Positions 50,272 through 60,972 of a stretch of 64,000 bases of DNA are shown here, in pieces (the first letter of the stretch is position 1; every line of letters begins with the position of its first letter). The notes below the pieces were generated by a model. The model was not told the origin of the DNA, ran no database searches, and saw nothing but the letters and a program-made list of their open reading frames with translations. The DNA comes from Nematocida ausubeli (lineage: Eukaryota). Made by a program: the position numbers and the translations under genes. The stretch is taken from NCBI RefSeq assembly GCF_000738915.1, contig NW_026515636.1, positions 62,001-126,000 on the forward strand, read 5' to 3'.

Positions 50272-51288
50272 TTAAATAGGAAGATACTCACTAGGAATAA
50301 AGTGCTGAATAACTGCATAGGGGGAAAGAACCACTCCATCGTACATTTTCATCATGCCTTTGTTTATTTTTATAAGGGGCACAGAACGCAGCGAGTATAT
50401 AGTTATGGAGTGATGTGAGAAGGGTTCTTCCTTTAGTTCAATTGTATGATATTTCTCAATCCTCTCTTTATAGGAGTACTTGCTTGGGGGGAATGTTTTG
50501 TCAATATGGATGAATCTCAGTGCTTTTGCGTAGGAAAGACCTTTTTTCTCCTCGCTAAACAGCGATGCAAAAAGAAATCCCTCTCTTTTGCAGAACTGTG
50601 AGGACCCAAACAGAAAAGGAAGCAGCTGGTAGTCATCCAACCCGCCCATCCCATGGCTTCCTGCTGGCTCAAGCTTATACTTCAAGATTAATAGCCGAAT
50701 TATGCTGAAATACTGCTCAAGAACTAGTAAGACGGACTTTTCTTTGACTACCTTCTTTATTATCAGAATAATCACAAAGCAAAAGAAGTTTAGCTCATGG
50801 CCTGTGCCGTAATCAATTCTAGACTTATTTCCAAAGGACTCTTGCAAATATTCCTGGAGTATGGATATGTCTTTGTTGGAAAGGTCGGGAAATGATTCTT
50901 TCATAAGCCTTTCCCCTTCTATGAGCACTCTCTCTGCGAAATTGATGAACCCTTTGTTACCGTATCTCTGGCTGCCCTCCTCTAGTGGAACTTCTCTGAT
51001 TATCTCTTCTATTTGCATCAAAAATAAATTGCACGGAGTCAAGATGTCCTCTTTTTGTAGGTCACTCTTACCTTCTTTTCTTTCTCTTTCTATCTTTTCC
51101 TCTATTTCCTTGACTGTGCGTGTTTCCGATATATCGTAATATCTTTCTGTATCCCCAAGTATCTCTCCATTTTGTATTTTCAGGTCAATTTCAGAGAGAT
51201 AGTGTTGAATGGTCTTGTATGCTGCGGACGACTTGAACTTTGCCACATCCCTGTGTTCTGGGTCTATTTTGTATAATATTTTTACCAT
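50272..51288 (-). CDS. PP2A activator PTPA (Rrd1/Rrd2 family)
   Basis: RYGN, SFGNKSRIDYGTGHELNF, YKLEPAGSHG..GLDDYQLLPFLFGSSQ, KINKGMMKMY...VIQHF. Confidence 0.95.
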   Translation of the reverse strand: MVKILYKIDPEHRDVAKFKSSAAYKTIQHYLSEIDLKIQNGEILGDTERYYDISETRTVKEIEEKIERERKEGKSDLQKEDILTPCNLFLMQIEEIIREVPLEEGSQRYGNKGFINFAERVLIEGERLMKESFPDLSNKDISILQEYLQESFGNKSRIDYGTGHELNFFCFVIILIIKKVVKEKSVLLVLEQYFSIIRLLILKYKLEPAGSHGMGGLDDYQLLPFLFGSSQFCKREGFLFASLFSEEKKGLSYAKALRFIHIDKTFPPSKYSYKERIEKYHTIELKEEPFSHHSITIYSLRSVPLIKINKGMMKMYDGVVLSPYAVIQHFIPSEYLPI

Positions 51289-51308
51289 TATTTTGAAATA
51301 AAATTCAT

Positions 51309-54242
51309 ATGCTTATACCATATGTAGAGCAGATTCATTTAGGGGTTTTTATTCCAAATAGAAAGTTGCACACACAGCCAATGAAGCAGCTTGAGAAATA
51401 CTTGAAGAGCAAAGGGTACACGCTGTACTACTTCGAGGATGCGTACCGAGAGGAAATATCTGTGGAAAATTGGCCTCATGTGGATATAATGATCACATTC
51501 TTTTCTGAGGGAATTGATTTTCTAAAGGTAAGAGAGTATGCGCAGATGCATAGGCCCATCGAGATAAATAAGATAGACAAGCAGTTTCTGCTGCTGGATA
51601 GAAGAGCCGTCATGGCAGTGCTGGACAAAATAGAGGTGCCGACTGCTAAAAGAATAATATACAATGGAAGAGGCAGAGAGAAAGAAACATCAAATATCCT
51701 AAATGACCTCACAGTAAGCTCACAAGAGAGGGGAAAGAGAGATGCACCAAGTGAGTATGATTCTATTGTTAACACGTCTAGTATAATGGATGTGGTGGTT
51801 AAGGATGGTGTGTTTGATGCATCGCCCGAAATAAGCAGAAGAGCAGCGGAGGAGGACAAGGAGAGCGTGTACAGTGATGCAGCATGCTCAGAGAGATCCT
51901 TTACGTCTAAAAAAAGTGCGGAGGCCGAGATCGATAGAATTGTAAAAGTAGAGTTACAAAGGTTTAGCATAAGCAGAGAAAGCCTGTTTAAACCCTCTAA
52001 GACGCGAGTTTGCAGTGGAGACACCCTACAAATAGGGGACGAGGCAATTGACAAGCCATACGTGGAAAAGCCTGCGTATAGCGAGGACCACAATATACAC
52101 ATATACTACAGTCAAAATTGCAAAGAGAGACGGCAAGGCATCTGCAGGCTGTTTCGGAAAATAGGATCAAAAAGCAGTAATTATGATAAGAATTCAGGCA
52201 AGATATCCTACCGAGAAGACGGCAGCTTCATCTACGAAAAGTTTATTGAAGTAAAGGGCTATCTAGACATAAAGACGTATGTGCTTGGGAAAACTGTATA
52301 CGCAGAGACAAGAAAGTCTCCTGTGAAAGATGGGATAGTTATTAGAACAGAGTCTGGAAAAGAAGAAAGAAAAGAGATACAGCTAAGCAAAGAAGAAATC
52401 AATGCAGTGCAAAGTATAAGCAAATCATTTGGGCAGTTCATCTGCGGAATGGACATTCTAAGGGACGCAGATGGAGGCTTTATAGTTGTAGATGTAAATG
52501 GGTGGTCATTTGTCAAGTCAAACCTGAAGTACTACACGCAGAAAAACCTAAAGTATCTGGATAAGAAAATAAAGAAAGAGGTGCTTAGGAGCAGAGCCAA
52601 GCAGGGAGACAGCACAAGACGAAGGGATGTTTCGCTATACAAAGAGCTGGCAGAACTAATCATAAAAGATGCACAGAAGGACGGCAAATATAAAGAAAAA
52701 GAAGAGCAAAAGACAGATACAAATGAGGTAGACATGCGGAAGATAGAGGTAAAAGGAATCCACTCTGTCTACAGGCATGCCAGAAGAACACCAAAGCTCA
52801 AGAAGAGGCTTGTGTTTGTGTCTGAGCTTCTAATAGAGTACATAGGCAGAGCGTGTAATATGGCAGGAAGAGACACTTCTAAGGTGAAGGAAATAGAAGA
52901 ACTTCTGGATAGAGAGAATAGAGAAAGAGAAGCCTTTCGAACACCCGAAAATCTGCTAGCTCTATCATCTCTTAAGGAAATTGCCCAGATGAACACAAGC
53001 GTCCGCGTCAAGCTACAGCAAGAAGAAAGCTCAGTTAAGCTTATTCTGAAGTGGGGAGGTCTGCTGACCAAAAAGTCAAAACAGGAAATAGAGTACGAGG
53101 CAATGGAGTATGAGTCATTTGTATCTACTATACAAGGAGACTCTTTCTCCCCGTATGACCTATATTCGCCAACAAAGCCAACCTCTAACCTGAGAACAGA
53201 AAAGAAGATCCGAATATTTGCAAACCCAGAGGACAGAACACAGAAAACAGCAGAGGTCTTTAGGTCTGTCTTTAAGTGGACAGGAAGAACAGACGCCCCA
53301 ATCAAGGAGAAGTATTTTAGCATTCTGAGAGAAACAGAGCCCATACCAGATAAACTATGCTCAGACCTGGCGTGTGCATACATGATGCTTAAGGAGTCTT
53401 TTCTATACCAGGACTCATCGAAGAGACTTTCAATTGAGCCGGTTCTTATTTTTGATAAAGAACACATCTGCAACGATAGCACAGCAGAAAGAAATGTTAT
53501 ATGCATGAATAAGATAAGCATAAAGAAGCAGCCTGTCGAGGAGGCATCAAGCGATTTGTGTTTATGCAAGAATCATTCGCAGTGCGAGTGCAAAGAGACA
53601 GACTTTCTCAAGAGGTGGTGCTTTGCCTTCAATGAATATCCTTTTTTAACCCATAAGAATGCTAAGACAGTCATTCCCATGCTACTGGACTTTATTAACT
53701 ATGATATACTCTCCTGCCAGTATGAGCACACTATCTCGCCTGTTTTCAGATACTTCAAGAATGTTTTAGAGCTATACCTTCTGCTAAATGCGCATGCATG
53801 CTTTTTATACAGAAATAGAATTGAAACATTCTTTAAGACAAATGAAAAGCTTGATATAATCAAGTACATGTACAGCCGGTTTGGCTCCCACTCTGATACA
53901 GTCTATATTACAAAGAAATTCACCATTCTCTTGCTTTTGCAGTACATCCTAAGCATTAAGGACACAATATACATAGATGAAGAGCTGAAAAGCAGAATAA
54001 AGAGCACTATGCACGGGATAGGCTTCTTGAGCTCGATTGTTATGGTCCATCTGTGCTGCCAGGAAACAGAGTACATTCTTGTTAAATACAGCCCAGGAAT
54101 TCATATAGACAATCGAATAACCGAGAGCAAAAAAGACAACACACACGGTAAAGGGGCTGCGATGGAGCAGATTCTTAGAGCAGACAGAAAGAAGGTTCTA
54201 TGCATAGTCAGAAAGAGTGTGTTTTTCCATGGGTATATATAA
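51309..54242 (+). CDS. VIP1: Inositol hexakisphosphate/diphosphoinositol-pentakisphosphate kinase (Vip1/PPIP5K)
   Basis: ATP-grasp motifs (KPYVEKP, EDHNIHIYY, RLFRKIG, ETRKSPVKDG, DVNGWSFVK) plus a phosphatase-like domain (VYRHARRTPK, LILKWGG). Confidence 0.93.
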   Translation: MLIPYVEQIHLGVFIPNRKLHTQPMKQLEKYLKSKGYTLYYFEDAYREEISVENWPHVDIMITFFSEGIDFLKVREYAQMHRPIEINKIDKQFLLLDRRAVMAVLDKIEVPTAKRIIYNGRGREKETSNILNDLTVSSQERGKRDAPSEYDSIVNTSSIMDVVVKDGVFDASPEISRRAAEEDKESVYSDAACSERSFTSKKSAEAEIDRIVKVELQRFSISRESLFKPSKTRVCSGDTLQIGDEAIDKPYVEKPAYSEDHNIHIYYSQNCKERRQGICRLFRKIGSKSSNYDKNSGKISYREDGSFIYEKFIEVKGYLDIKTYVLGKTVYAETRKSPVKDGIVIRTESGKEERKEIQLSKEEINAVQSISKSFGQFICGMDILRDADGGFIVVDVNGWSFVKSNLKYYTQKNLKYLDKKIKKEVLRSRAKQGDSTRRRDVSLYKELAELIIKDAQKDGKYKEKEEQKTDTNEVDMRKIEVKGIHSVYRHARRTPKLKKRLVFVSELLIEYIGRACNMAGRDTSKVKEIEELLDRENREREAFRTPENLLALSSLKEIAQMNTSVRVKLQQEESSVKLILKWGGLLTKKSKQEIEYEAMEYESFVSTIQGDSFSPYDLYSPTKPTSNLRTEKKIRIFANPEDRTQKTAEVFRSVFKWTGRTDAPIKEKYFSILRETEPIPDKLCSDLACAYMMLKESFLYQDSSKRLSIEPVLIFDKEHICNDSTAERNVICMNKISIKKQPVEEASSDLCLCKNHSQCECKETDFLKRWCFAFNEYPFLTHKNAKTVIPMLLDFINYDILSCQYEHTISPVFRYFKNVLELYLLLNAHACFLYRNRIETFFKTNEKLDIIKYMYSRFGSHSDTVYITKKFTILLLLQYILSIKDTIYIDEELKSRIKSTMHGIGFLSSIVMVHLCCQETEYILVKYSPGIHIDNRITESKKDNTHGKGAAMEQILRADRKKVLCIVRKSVFFHGYI

Positions 54243-54610
54243 ATGCGATAGTTACTGCAATTCTATATAGAGAAATCGCTATATCTTGGAATAACAACAG
54301 AATAAAGGCATCTATATACAGGAAAGTATCTTTTTTCTGGAATTCCTTCTTATTGCAAGTTTTTTGTGATAGATGTGTTTCTTTTTCCATTATAGCTGGG
54401 TAAATTAAAGCACGCTATATTATATGTCAAGTATTTTGCCCTGTACTTTTAAACTCTTTATTCCAGATATTTTATAATGGCTATGCAATCTATTACGCAA
54501 ACCCACATGAAAGTACAACTTAGCACATTTATAATAGGCCTTTTCTATAAAAGCGCATAAGTCATCTATAGATGTCTTCGATAATTTATGGAAATTTGTT
54601 TGGATTTTTA

Positions 54611-56515
54611 ATGCAGAGAGGACCACTTCAAAGCCTAATAAAAGAGACAGAAACAATAAAAAATGCCCTCTCAAAAATAAAGACTCACATGTCACAGGCC
54701 AAGGAATCATTCCAGTCAATTGGAGAGGACTTGTCTTCATTGGAGACCTTTAAAAATGACAGCCTTGTAAGAACTTCGTCAACTGTGCACATGAATATAG
54801 AGCAAACAAGAAGGCTACTTCGTGAAGTGAAGGTGTTCAGCACAAAGTATGCACAGCTTATGAAGGAAATGAAGAAGTGCACAGAAAGCATTAGCACAGA
54901 GAGCCTCCTAACAATATACACGGAGATAAAAGGAATGATTGGCCTCAAAAGCACAACTGCTGAGATATCAGAGAAGGTGTCCACGCTAGAAAAGCACTTT
55001 GAAATTCTTATCCTCACAATAATTGACTCTCTTCCGGAAATAGTTGAAAAAGACGGCGCCATATCGTACATGAAGATTGTAAAGGTTTCTTTAAACGAGT
55101 CGTCTGCATGCGAGAAAAGCGCAAAGAACTTACTTGGACTCTTGCCCAGCGGAGTAGAAAGAGCCAGCAGCAGTAGTCGGCTTGACTGCAGCTTAGACCG
55201 GAATAGAGTATTTGAAGTATTTTTAGACTCTGTGAGCAGAAGATTTACAGAGCACCTGCATGTTGACAGCCTAATTGGAACAGATGATCTTTCTTTTGTG
55301 CTGAACGATCTAAAGGCTCTAAAAAAGACCGAGCAGCTAGCAATTCCTTCAAAGTACAAAATATTCTCATTCGCGTCAATTCAGTATCACAGAATGCTTT
55401 ATGAATACCTGGAGAATAACACAAACAAATTTGACCCAAATGAATCCATAGGAATTCTTCTCTGGTGCAAGCATTATTATGCAGAAATGGAGAATCTTGG
55501 ACGAATGAAGAGCTCTCTTGGTCCTGTTTTGTTCTCTGGGAAAGAAGGAGCACTAGTAGACAAGTACGTGCATGTTGCTGAGAATAAGCTATCTGAATGG
55601 ATAGGGAATTTGGCAAAAATGGAAAGCAAGCGGTTTAGAGAGAGAAAGAAAGCCCCCGATCTAGACAGCGACAATAAGTTCATAAGCATTGGATTTATGG
55701 ATCTTCTTCACATTATTCGCCAGCAGCTGGATCCCATGTATGCGCACCCTGTGATATTTAAGCGGGTTTCAACCCACATACTGCAGTGCGTGAAGAAGTT
55801 CAAAGAAGTGCTAATGCTGGCTGTTGTGGAGGAGCTGGATCTGGTGCTGAAGGACAAGGCGCACAATGGGTTTGAAGAGTACTGCATTGCCTTGTCAAAT
55901 AGTGGATTGAAGTTCATGGACTGTCTGCACACGCTTCCCTTCTACAACGACCCAAACATCCAGTCTATTAGTGAAGTGTTTTATGACTGTATGGTAGTTT
56001 CAAATGATGCGCTTATTAGGAATATCCTATTTGTTGTCTCCCCAGCAAGCGAGTGCATTTTTACTGAGAAGTGGATATCAGAGCCTGCAACACAGACAAT
56101 TATCACGACTTACAATGACTACCTGTCAGACTACAAGGAAAGCATGATAGACTACTCATTTGCCTTATTTGTAACCACTCTTTTAAATAACACAATAGAC
56201 ATGTACTTTGACAAGCTGGTAAAAAAAAGAGCTGTTTTCAGAAAGGAGCACCTGTCCATTGTGGCCACCGACAGAAAGAGATACAGAGAATTCTTCTCAA
56301 ACTACCTCTCTAAGAATGCCCTTAAAGAAACGCTTAAGCGCATGGACTACTTCATTTCGATCACGTCCTCTGACAATATAAGCGTGTGCACATCAGAGGT
56401 AAAGCTCTATCTGAAAGAGTTTCCAGAGGAGCCAAAGGACAGGCTCATTAAAGTACTTAGAAAAATGCCAGGTGGAAGCAAAGACTTTAGCAAAGAGGTT
56501 ATGGATAGAATATAA
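54611..56515 (+). CDS. SEC6: Exocyst subunit Sec6/EXOC3-like
   Basis: About 634 aa, all-helical. Sec6-like segments IPSKYKIF...YH, ILLW..HY, EWIGNL..ME..RF..R..APD.D, DL..IIRQQ, FEEYCIALSN. Confidence 0.75.
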   Translation: MQRGPLQSLIKETETIKNALSKIKTHMSQAKESFQSIGEDLSSLETFKNDSLVRTSSTVHMNIEQTRRLLREVKVFSTKYAQLMKEMKKCTESISTESLLTIYTEIKGMIGLKSTTAEISEKVSTLEKHFEILILTIIDSLPEIVEKDGAISYMKIVKVSLNESSACEKSAKNLLGLLPSGVERASSSSRLDCSLDRNRVFEVFLDSVSRRFTEHLHVDSLIGTDDLSFVLNDLKALKKTEQLAIPSKYKIFSFASIQYHRMLYEYLENNTNKFDPNESIGILLWCKHYYAEMENLGRMKSSLGPVLFSGKEGALVDKYVHVAENKLSEWIGNLAKMESKRFRERKKAPDLDSDNKFISIGFMDLLHIIRQQLDPMYAHPVIFKRVSTHILQCVKKFKEVLMLAVVEELDLVLKDKAHNGFEEYCIALSNSGLKFMDCLHTLPFYNDPNIQSISEVFYDCMVVSNDALIRNILFVVSPASECIFTEKWISEPATQTIITTYNDYLSDYKESMIDYSFALFVTTLLNNTIDMYFDKLVKKRAVFRKEHLSIVATDRKRYREFFSNYLSKNALKETLKRMDYFISITSSDNISVCTSEVKLYLKEFPEEPKDRLIKVLRKMPGGSKDFSKEVMDRI

Positions 56516-57194
56516 TAAACACACATCTTTTTCTTGAACAAGCGTTCTTTATACGGCATTCTGGGTATTAGTTTCATGCCTTTTTTGAACTATAGCCAGC
56601 ATGCTAAGAGACGTCATAATCTTTTTGTAAGTGCAAACCGCACATGCATATGTGTATTTCTGCAGCCCAAATATTTTAAGTAAGAACAAATCCAAAAATC
56701 TCTGAAATAAGGCTCTGCATGCTAAAATGTATATCCATTTTTGCTAGAATGCTAACTACAGAAATAAAAGATGCATCTTTGTCATTGCTTCAGTGTGATG
56801 CCCCAGGCTTTCTAAACAAGCTTAAATGAGAACCTGCTTTCTTGTATACCTATTTAAGCGCATAGATCCAGAAGCTTACGAAAGTGCTTTTCTATTTAAG
56901 TTTATGTCTGCAAACATTTTGCTAACTGTCTTCTGGCTGGCAGAGAAACCTGCCATAGTTAGCTATAGCTCAAATTTATTCGTTGTCAGTAAATTTTCAG
57001 AATTTGCAAAACTCCTTTAAAGTATTCTGACTAAAGCCATTCCAATTCAATTCAGAATAGAGCCTGCCCAGCCATTTCTCAAATTGTTTTCATCCACTTT
57101 AATTGCAATTTTCTTTCTAATAATATATCTGGGAACAATTGGTTATTTAGGAGGATAAATACTCTATTATTTATTTTCATTTTTTTTGTTTTTT

Positions 57195-57740
57195 ATGTTT
57201 CTTATTCTTCTACTAAAGACATTCTTAATTGGCTTTAGCATAGTTGGTCTGTCTGTTGGATTTATCGCCTTCCTCTACAAATCCATACACTTTATAGAAG
57301 AATACCCGGTTAGAGCAAAAGAAAGAATCAAACTTTTAGTTTACGCTGTATGGGGGATGCACATAATTTTGCTTTTTAGAGAGTTCTCTTTCCTTCTTAT
57401 AGGATTCTCTCTGGTGTGCCAGCTACTGTTCTACAATTTATTAGAGGACTACCCTAATATTGAGACTGCAGGCGCTGGGTTTATTAGTGCTGTAGTATTT
57501 GCATTCATCAACCACATGTTTTTCCTTAGCTCAATGCTTAAGAATCGCTGTGGGCTGTTTGAAATTTTCTTCTATTTTTTCGTGATTGTATGGTCTGTGC
57601 CTATCTCATTCTTCCTAAGCTTAACAGCAAATGATGAGGTTATTTCCATAGCAGGAAGCAAGAAGCCAATTAGAAGGACACTAGCAGGCAAAGTTATAGA
57701 TGCTATACTCTCCAGGCATAATGTCTGGGAGGATAGATAG
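57195..57740 (+). CDS. SVP26: Svp26/TEX261 ER-Golgi cargo adaptor
   Basis: Multi-TM; FIEEYPV, YNLLEDYPNI, INH, WSVPISFFLSLTANDE. Confidence 0.8.
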   Translation: MFLILLLKTFLIGFSIVGLSVGFIAFLYKSIHFIEEYPVRAKERIKLLVYAVWGMHIILLFREFSFLLIGFSLVCQLLFYNLLEDYPNIETAGAGFISAVVFAFINHMFFLSSMLKNRCGLFEIFFYFFVIVWSVPISFFLSLTANDEVISIAGSKKPIRRTLAGKVIDAILSRHNVWEDR

Positions 57741-58859
57741 CTACTTGATATATAAATGGTTATTCGTACGATTATAGAGTCATTTATGCTTATATCTATT
57801 TTGGCCACGCTTAAATACTCTGCATTTTATAAATCTATAGGAGTTCTTATGTTCTTTTTGTAGCACAGAAAATAACAGATGCTGAGTGTTCTGTGAAAAC
57901 TCATTGAATCGTTTATAGAATTCCTGCACTTTTCTGGCGTAGTCTAAGGCACGATAGCCTGCATTTTAAAACACTGCAAGAAAACAAACACAAAGGTCTA
58001 GAATGCTGTCTTTGTATGCCATCAGGCCACAAGAGGCCAGCTATCCCAAGGTGCAGTATAGCTCTCTCATAGAACCTGAACTCTATTTGTTTTCGGGTTA
58101 GTGGCAAGCTTACATCAAAAAACAAATAGAATGATTACTATGCAGAAATGAAGAGTGAAATATCTGTTTCTCTGTAATGTAGAATATAAATACTAAATTA
58201 TTTCTATCTAGAAAGTCATTCTAGAGTTATAGCAGTAGTACAATAGAGTAATTATTTAAACGATCAGCTGCCTTGATTTAAATCATCTTCTGGTCTATAT
58301 GAAAATAAAAATAGTTGTGATTTTGCTTGTTGCATTTACTTGTTTATTCCGCATGGATCTTGGGTTGTTTCTGGATCTCATGTGCATTTTAATTTAAAGA
58401 AGCTAGGAGTTTATTGAAACTTTCACTTTTGTGGATTTACGCATACTATTAAAATAATGCACTCTATAGCATGCCTTACTCAAATAGATTACTCTGAAAA
58501 TAGACCAATGCCTTTAAATACAGCTGCAGAATCTTAATACAGCGAGCTATACTGGGAATCATAGCTTTAATTTCTAGGCAATCTGCAAAAGCTGCATATA
58601 CTAATATAATGAGAATCTGCAAAGTGCATTGTTAAAAGACAGAGCTTCTGCTTGAGCATGGTTTCTGAGTAGATTGGTGATGCTGCTATAATACTCCGCT
58701 CTTATTATAAATTGACCTTAGAAGGTGCATGATTATTACTGTATACCTATTACATGTGTTATATTGTCTGTATAGTGCTGTCAGTCTCCTTCTATCGATC
58801 TATTTGTTTGTTGTGCCAATAAAAAATTCTAGCTATAGCCAGTGCATATGTTTATTCAT

Positions 58860-59096
58860 ATGGAAGATAGAGAGATTGGAAATTTGGATGGGTTTAATGA
58901 TGTGTACTCTCAGGAAGCAAGGCTGCACGGAACATTAGTTTACACAGGAAAGAGGCTGAAGTCAAAGCCATACTCATCAAATGGGTATCCTGGGAAGAGT
59001 TCTATCTCATACGAGTATGTTACTTACAACGAGCCCTTTTCAGCTCGCACAGTCATTTTTAAAATTCCAATGAGCCATCTTAGAAAAAGAGAATAA
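58860..59096 (+). CDS. Small hypothetical protein (about 78 aa)
   Basis: Coding-like ORF whose stop overlaps AATAAA. The start could be the ATG at 58848. Confidence 0.5.
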   Translation: MEDREIGNLDGFNDVYSQEARLHGTLVYTGKRLKSKPYSSNGYPGKSSISYEYVTYNEPFSARTVIFKIPMSHLRKRE

Positions 59097-59226
59097 ATAT
59101 AGTTTATGTTCTAACTCCTTAATTATCCTGTTTACCATATAGTGTCTGTGCATTTGGATTAGACGTTGTTCGCTCATTCTATTTATCCAATTGAAACATA
59201 TTCGTAACTGACCAATAGGCTAGTGC

Positions 59227-60972
59227 ATGGCTATAAATAATATCCGGCATATTTACGGAGAAATGGGTCTTATGGACAAAATTACAGAAGTAGCAAAGAA
59301 CTCGGAGAAAAACAATAAAAACACTGAGGAGAAGGAGAAACAGACAGCAGACAGTGCACCTGACGCGCAAAAAAGTCAGCCCCAGAAGTTGAATGAGGCT
59401 GCCGGAAACAGCACAGCGACTAATAAGCCAAGCGAAATGGATGTGATAAACAGTATATCCGAAAAGCCTGCGCCATCAAAATCACTGAAGGAGAAGCTAA
59501 AAGCATCAGAAAGCGGTGTCGAGGTACATAGCGCAGGCACAGGTATGGAGGGCGGACTTAGCATCTCTGAAAAGAGACATGATATTGTCAAGCCATCTGT
59601 ATCCTCAAGCAGCAGTAAAGATGCGCATGATCCAATGAGTCTAGTCAATAAAGGCACAGAGGAAATTAATCCTTCTCATGAGACATCTCTAAAGGGCGGG
59701 CTTGAAAATAAAACCTCTAGCTCAGATGTTAACTCTGGTAAGATTCATGCACCTATTGACTCGTTTACCGTTTCAGGCGGCCTGGGATCCGGAATTGCAG
59801 AAAACATCAAAAAAAAGAAACACGGCAACGTAGAGAGCACGCAGAGCAAGCCAATTGTAGTTGATACAAACTCTGGCTATACAGAAAAATCTCATAAATC
59901 AAAGGATGATTTTGATACATCATTTGTAGAGCATTCCCACAAGAACAAGCACTCTACAGATGAAACAAAGGATAAGGCAGAGCCAGCTGCATCTTCACAG
60001 CCTTTAAATCCTTTGGCAAAAAGCACTGAGGTCACGGGCGCTCAGCCAGGAAGGGTTGCTGGGCTAGTCTCTCTAAACAATGCAAACAGCGCTACCAGTG
60101 CAAATGTGCCGCCAACTCCAAGAAATAAGCCAACAGATCCCGTTTTAAACAAAGGGCCTTCAACTTCTAGCCAAATTCCAGAAAGCAAAGAATGCGCAGC
60201 ACCCCTAGCTGCAAGTGGAGCAGTCCTTGGCGCTGGTGCGGCCACCAATCAGACAGCCCCAGCTGTTTCTGCACCCTCTAACCAGGCTAGTGTCGCTGGC
60301 TCTACCATCAACAAGGAAGTAACTACAAGAAATGAAATTAGCAACACAGAGAATGGAAGGGTAGCCACTCGGGAGATAGAAGAAAAGACAACAACCGAGA
60401 AAGCAGTGCCAATTAGCAAGACAGAAGCAGCAGCACTAGGAATTGTTGGGGCTTCTGCTATTGGTGCCTCTGCTGTGGGCGCTTCTACCAATGGTACTTC
60501 TGCCGTAGGCGCTTCTACCAATGGTACTTCTACCGCTGGTACCTCTGCCGTAGGCGCAGGCAACCCTGCATCTCAGCAGCCATCCGCACAGACAAGCGAT
60601 CAAAACCGAAGGTATGAATCTAAGCCCGAGGCTGCCAGCGATTCATCACTTACACTGGATAGAAATAATGGGAAAATTCTCTACGAAGCAGATATCTACA
60701 AGAAAAGATATTTTCTTCAATTTCTTTGGACAAAAAGGCACTTCACCCTCTCTAAGGACGGTATTATAAAATACTACAGAAATATTAATGGAAGAAGGCG
60801 AGGCGAGTTTGATATAGACGAGTACTTCATGTCATTTAAGCCCACAGAAGTTAAGCGAGGAAAATATCCTTATAGAATTACTTTAGTTAGTGACAAGTGC
60901 GATGACTTAGGATTTGAAACGAAAGAGCAGAGAGACGAGTTTTTGTTTTGGCTAAAAAAGGCTGCTGAATAA
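59227..60972 (+). CDS. Low-complexity protein with a C-terminal PH domain
   Basis: ILYEADIYKKRYFLQFLWTKRHFTL...IKYY...LGFETKEQRDEFLFWLK. Ser/Ala/Thr/Lys-rich N-terminal region. The start may be the ATG at 59263. Confidence 0.8.
   Translation: MAINNIRHIYGEMGLMDKITEVAKNSEKNNKNTEEKEKQTADSAPDAQKSQPQKLNEAAGNSTATNKPSEMDVINSISEKPAPSKSLKEKLKASESGVEVHSAGTGMEGGLSISEKRHDIVKPSVSSSSSKDAHDPMSLVNKGTEEINPSHETSLKGGLENKTSSSDVNSGKIHAPIDSFTVSGGLGSGIAENIKKKKHGNVESTQSKPIVVDTNSGYTEKSHKSKDDFDTSFVEHSHKNKHSTDETKDKAEPAASSQPLNPLAKSTEVTGAQPGRVAGLVSLNNANSATSANVPPTPRNKPTDPVLNKGPSTSSQIPESKECAAPLAASGAVLGAGAATNQTAPAVSAPSNQASVAGSTINKEVTTRNEISNTENGRVATREIEEKTTTEKAVPISKTEAAALGIVGASAIGASAVGASTNGTSAVGASTNGTSTAGTSAVGAGNPASQQPSAQTSDQNRRYESKPEAASDSSLTLDRNNGKILYEADIYKKRYFLQFLWTKRHFTLSKDGIIKYYRNINGRRRGEFDIDEYFMSFKPTEVKRGKYPYRITLVSDKCDDLGFETKEQRDEFLFWLKKAAE
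60478..60557 (+). repeat. 30-bp coding tandem repeat (GASTNGTSAV x2 plus a partial unit)
   Basis: ggcgcttctaccaatggtacttct at 60478 and 60508. Confidence 0.85.
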
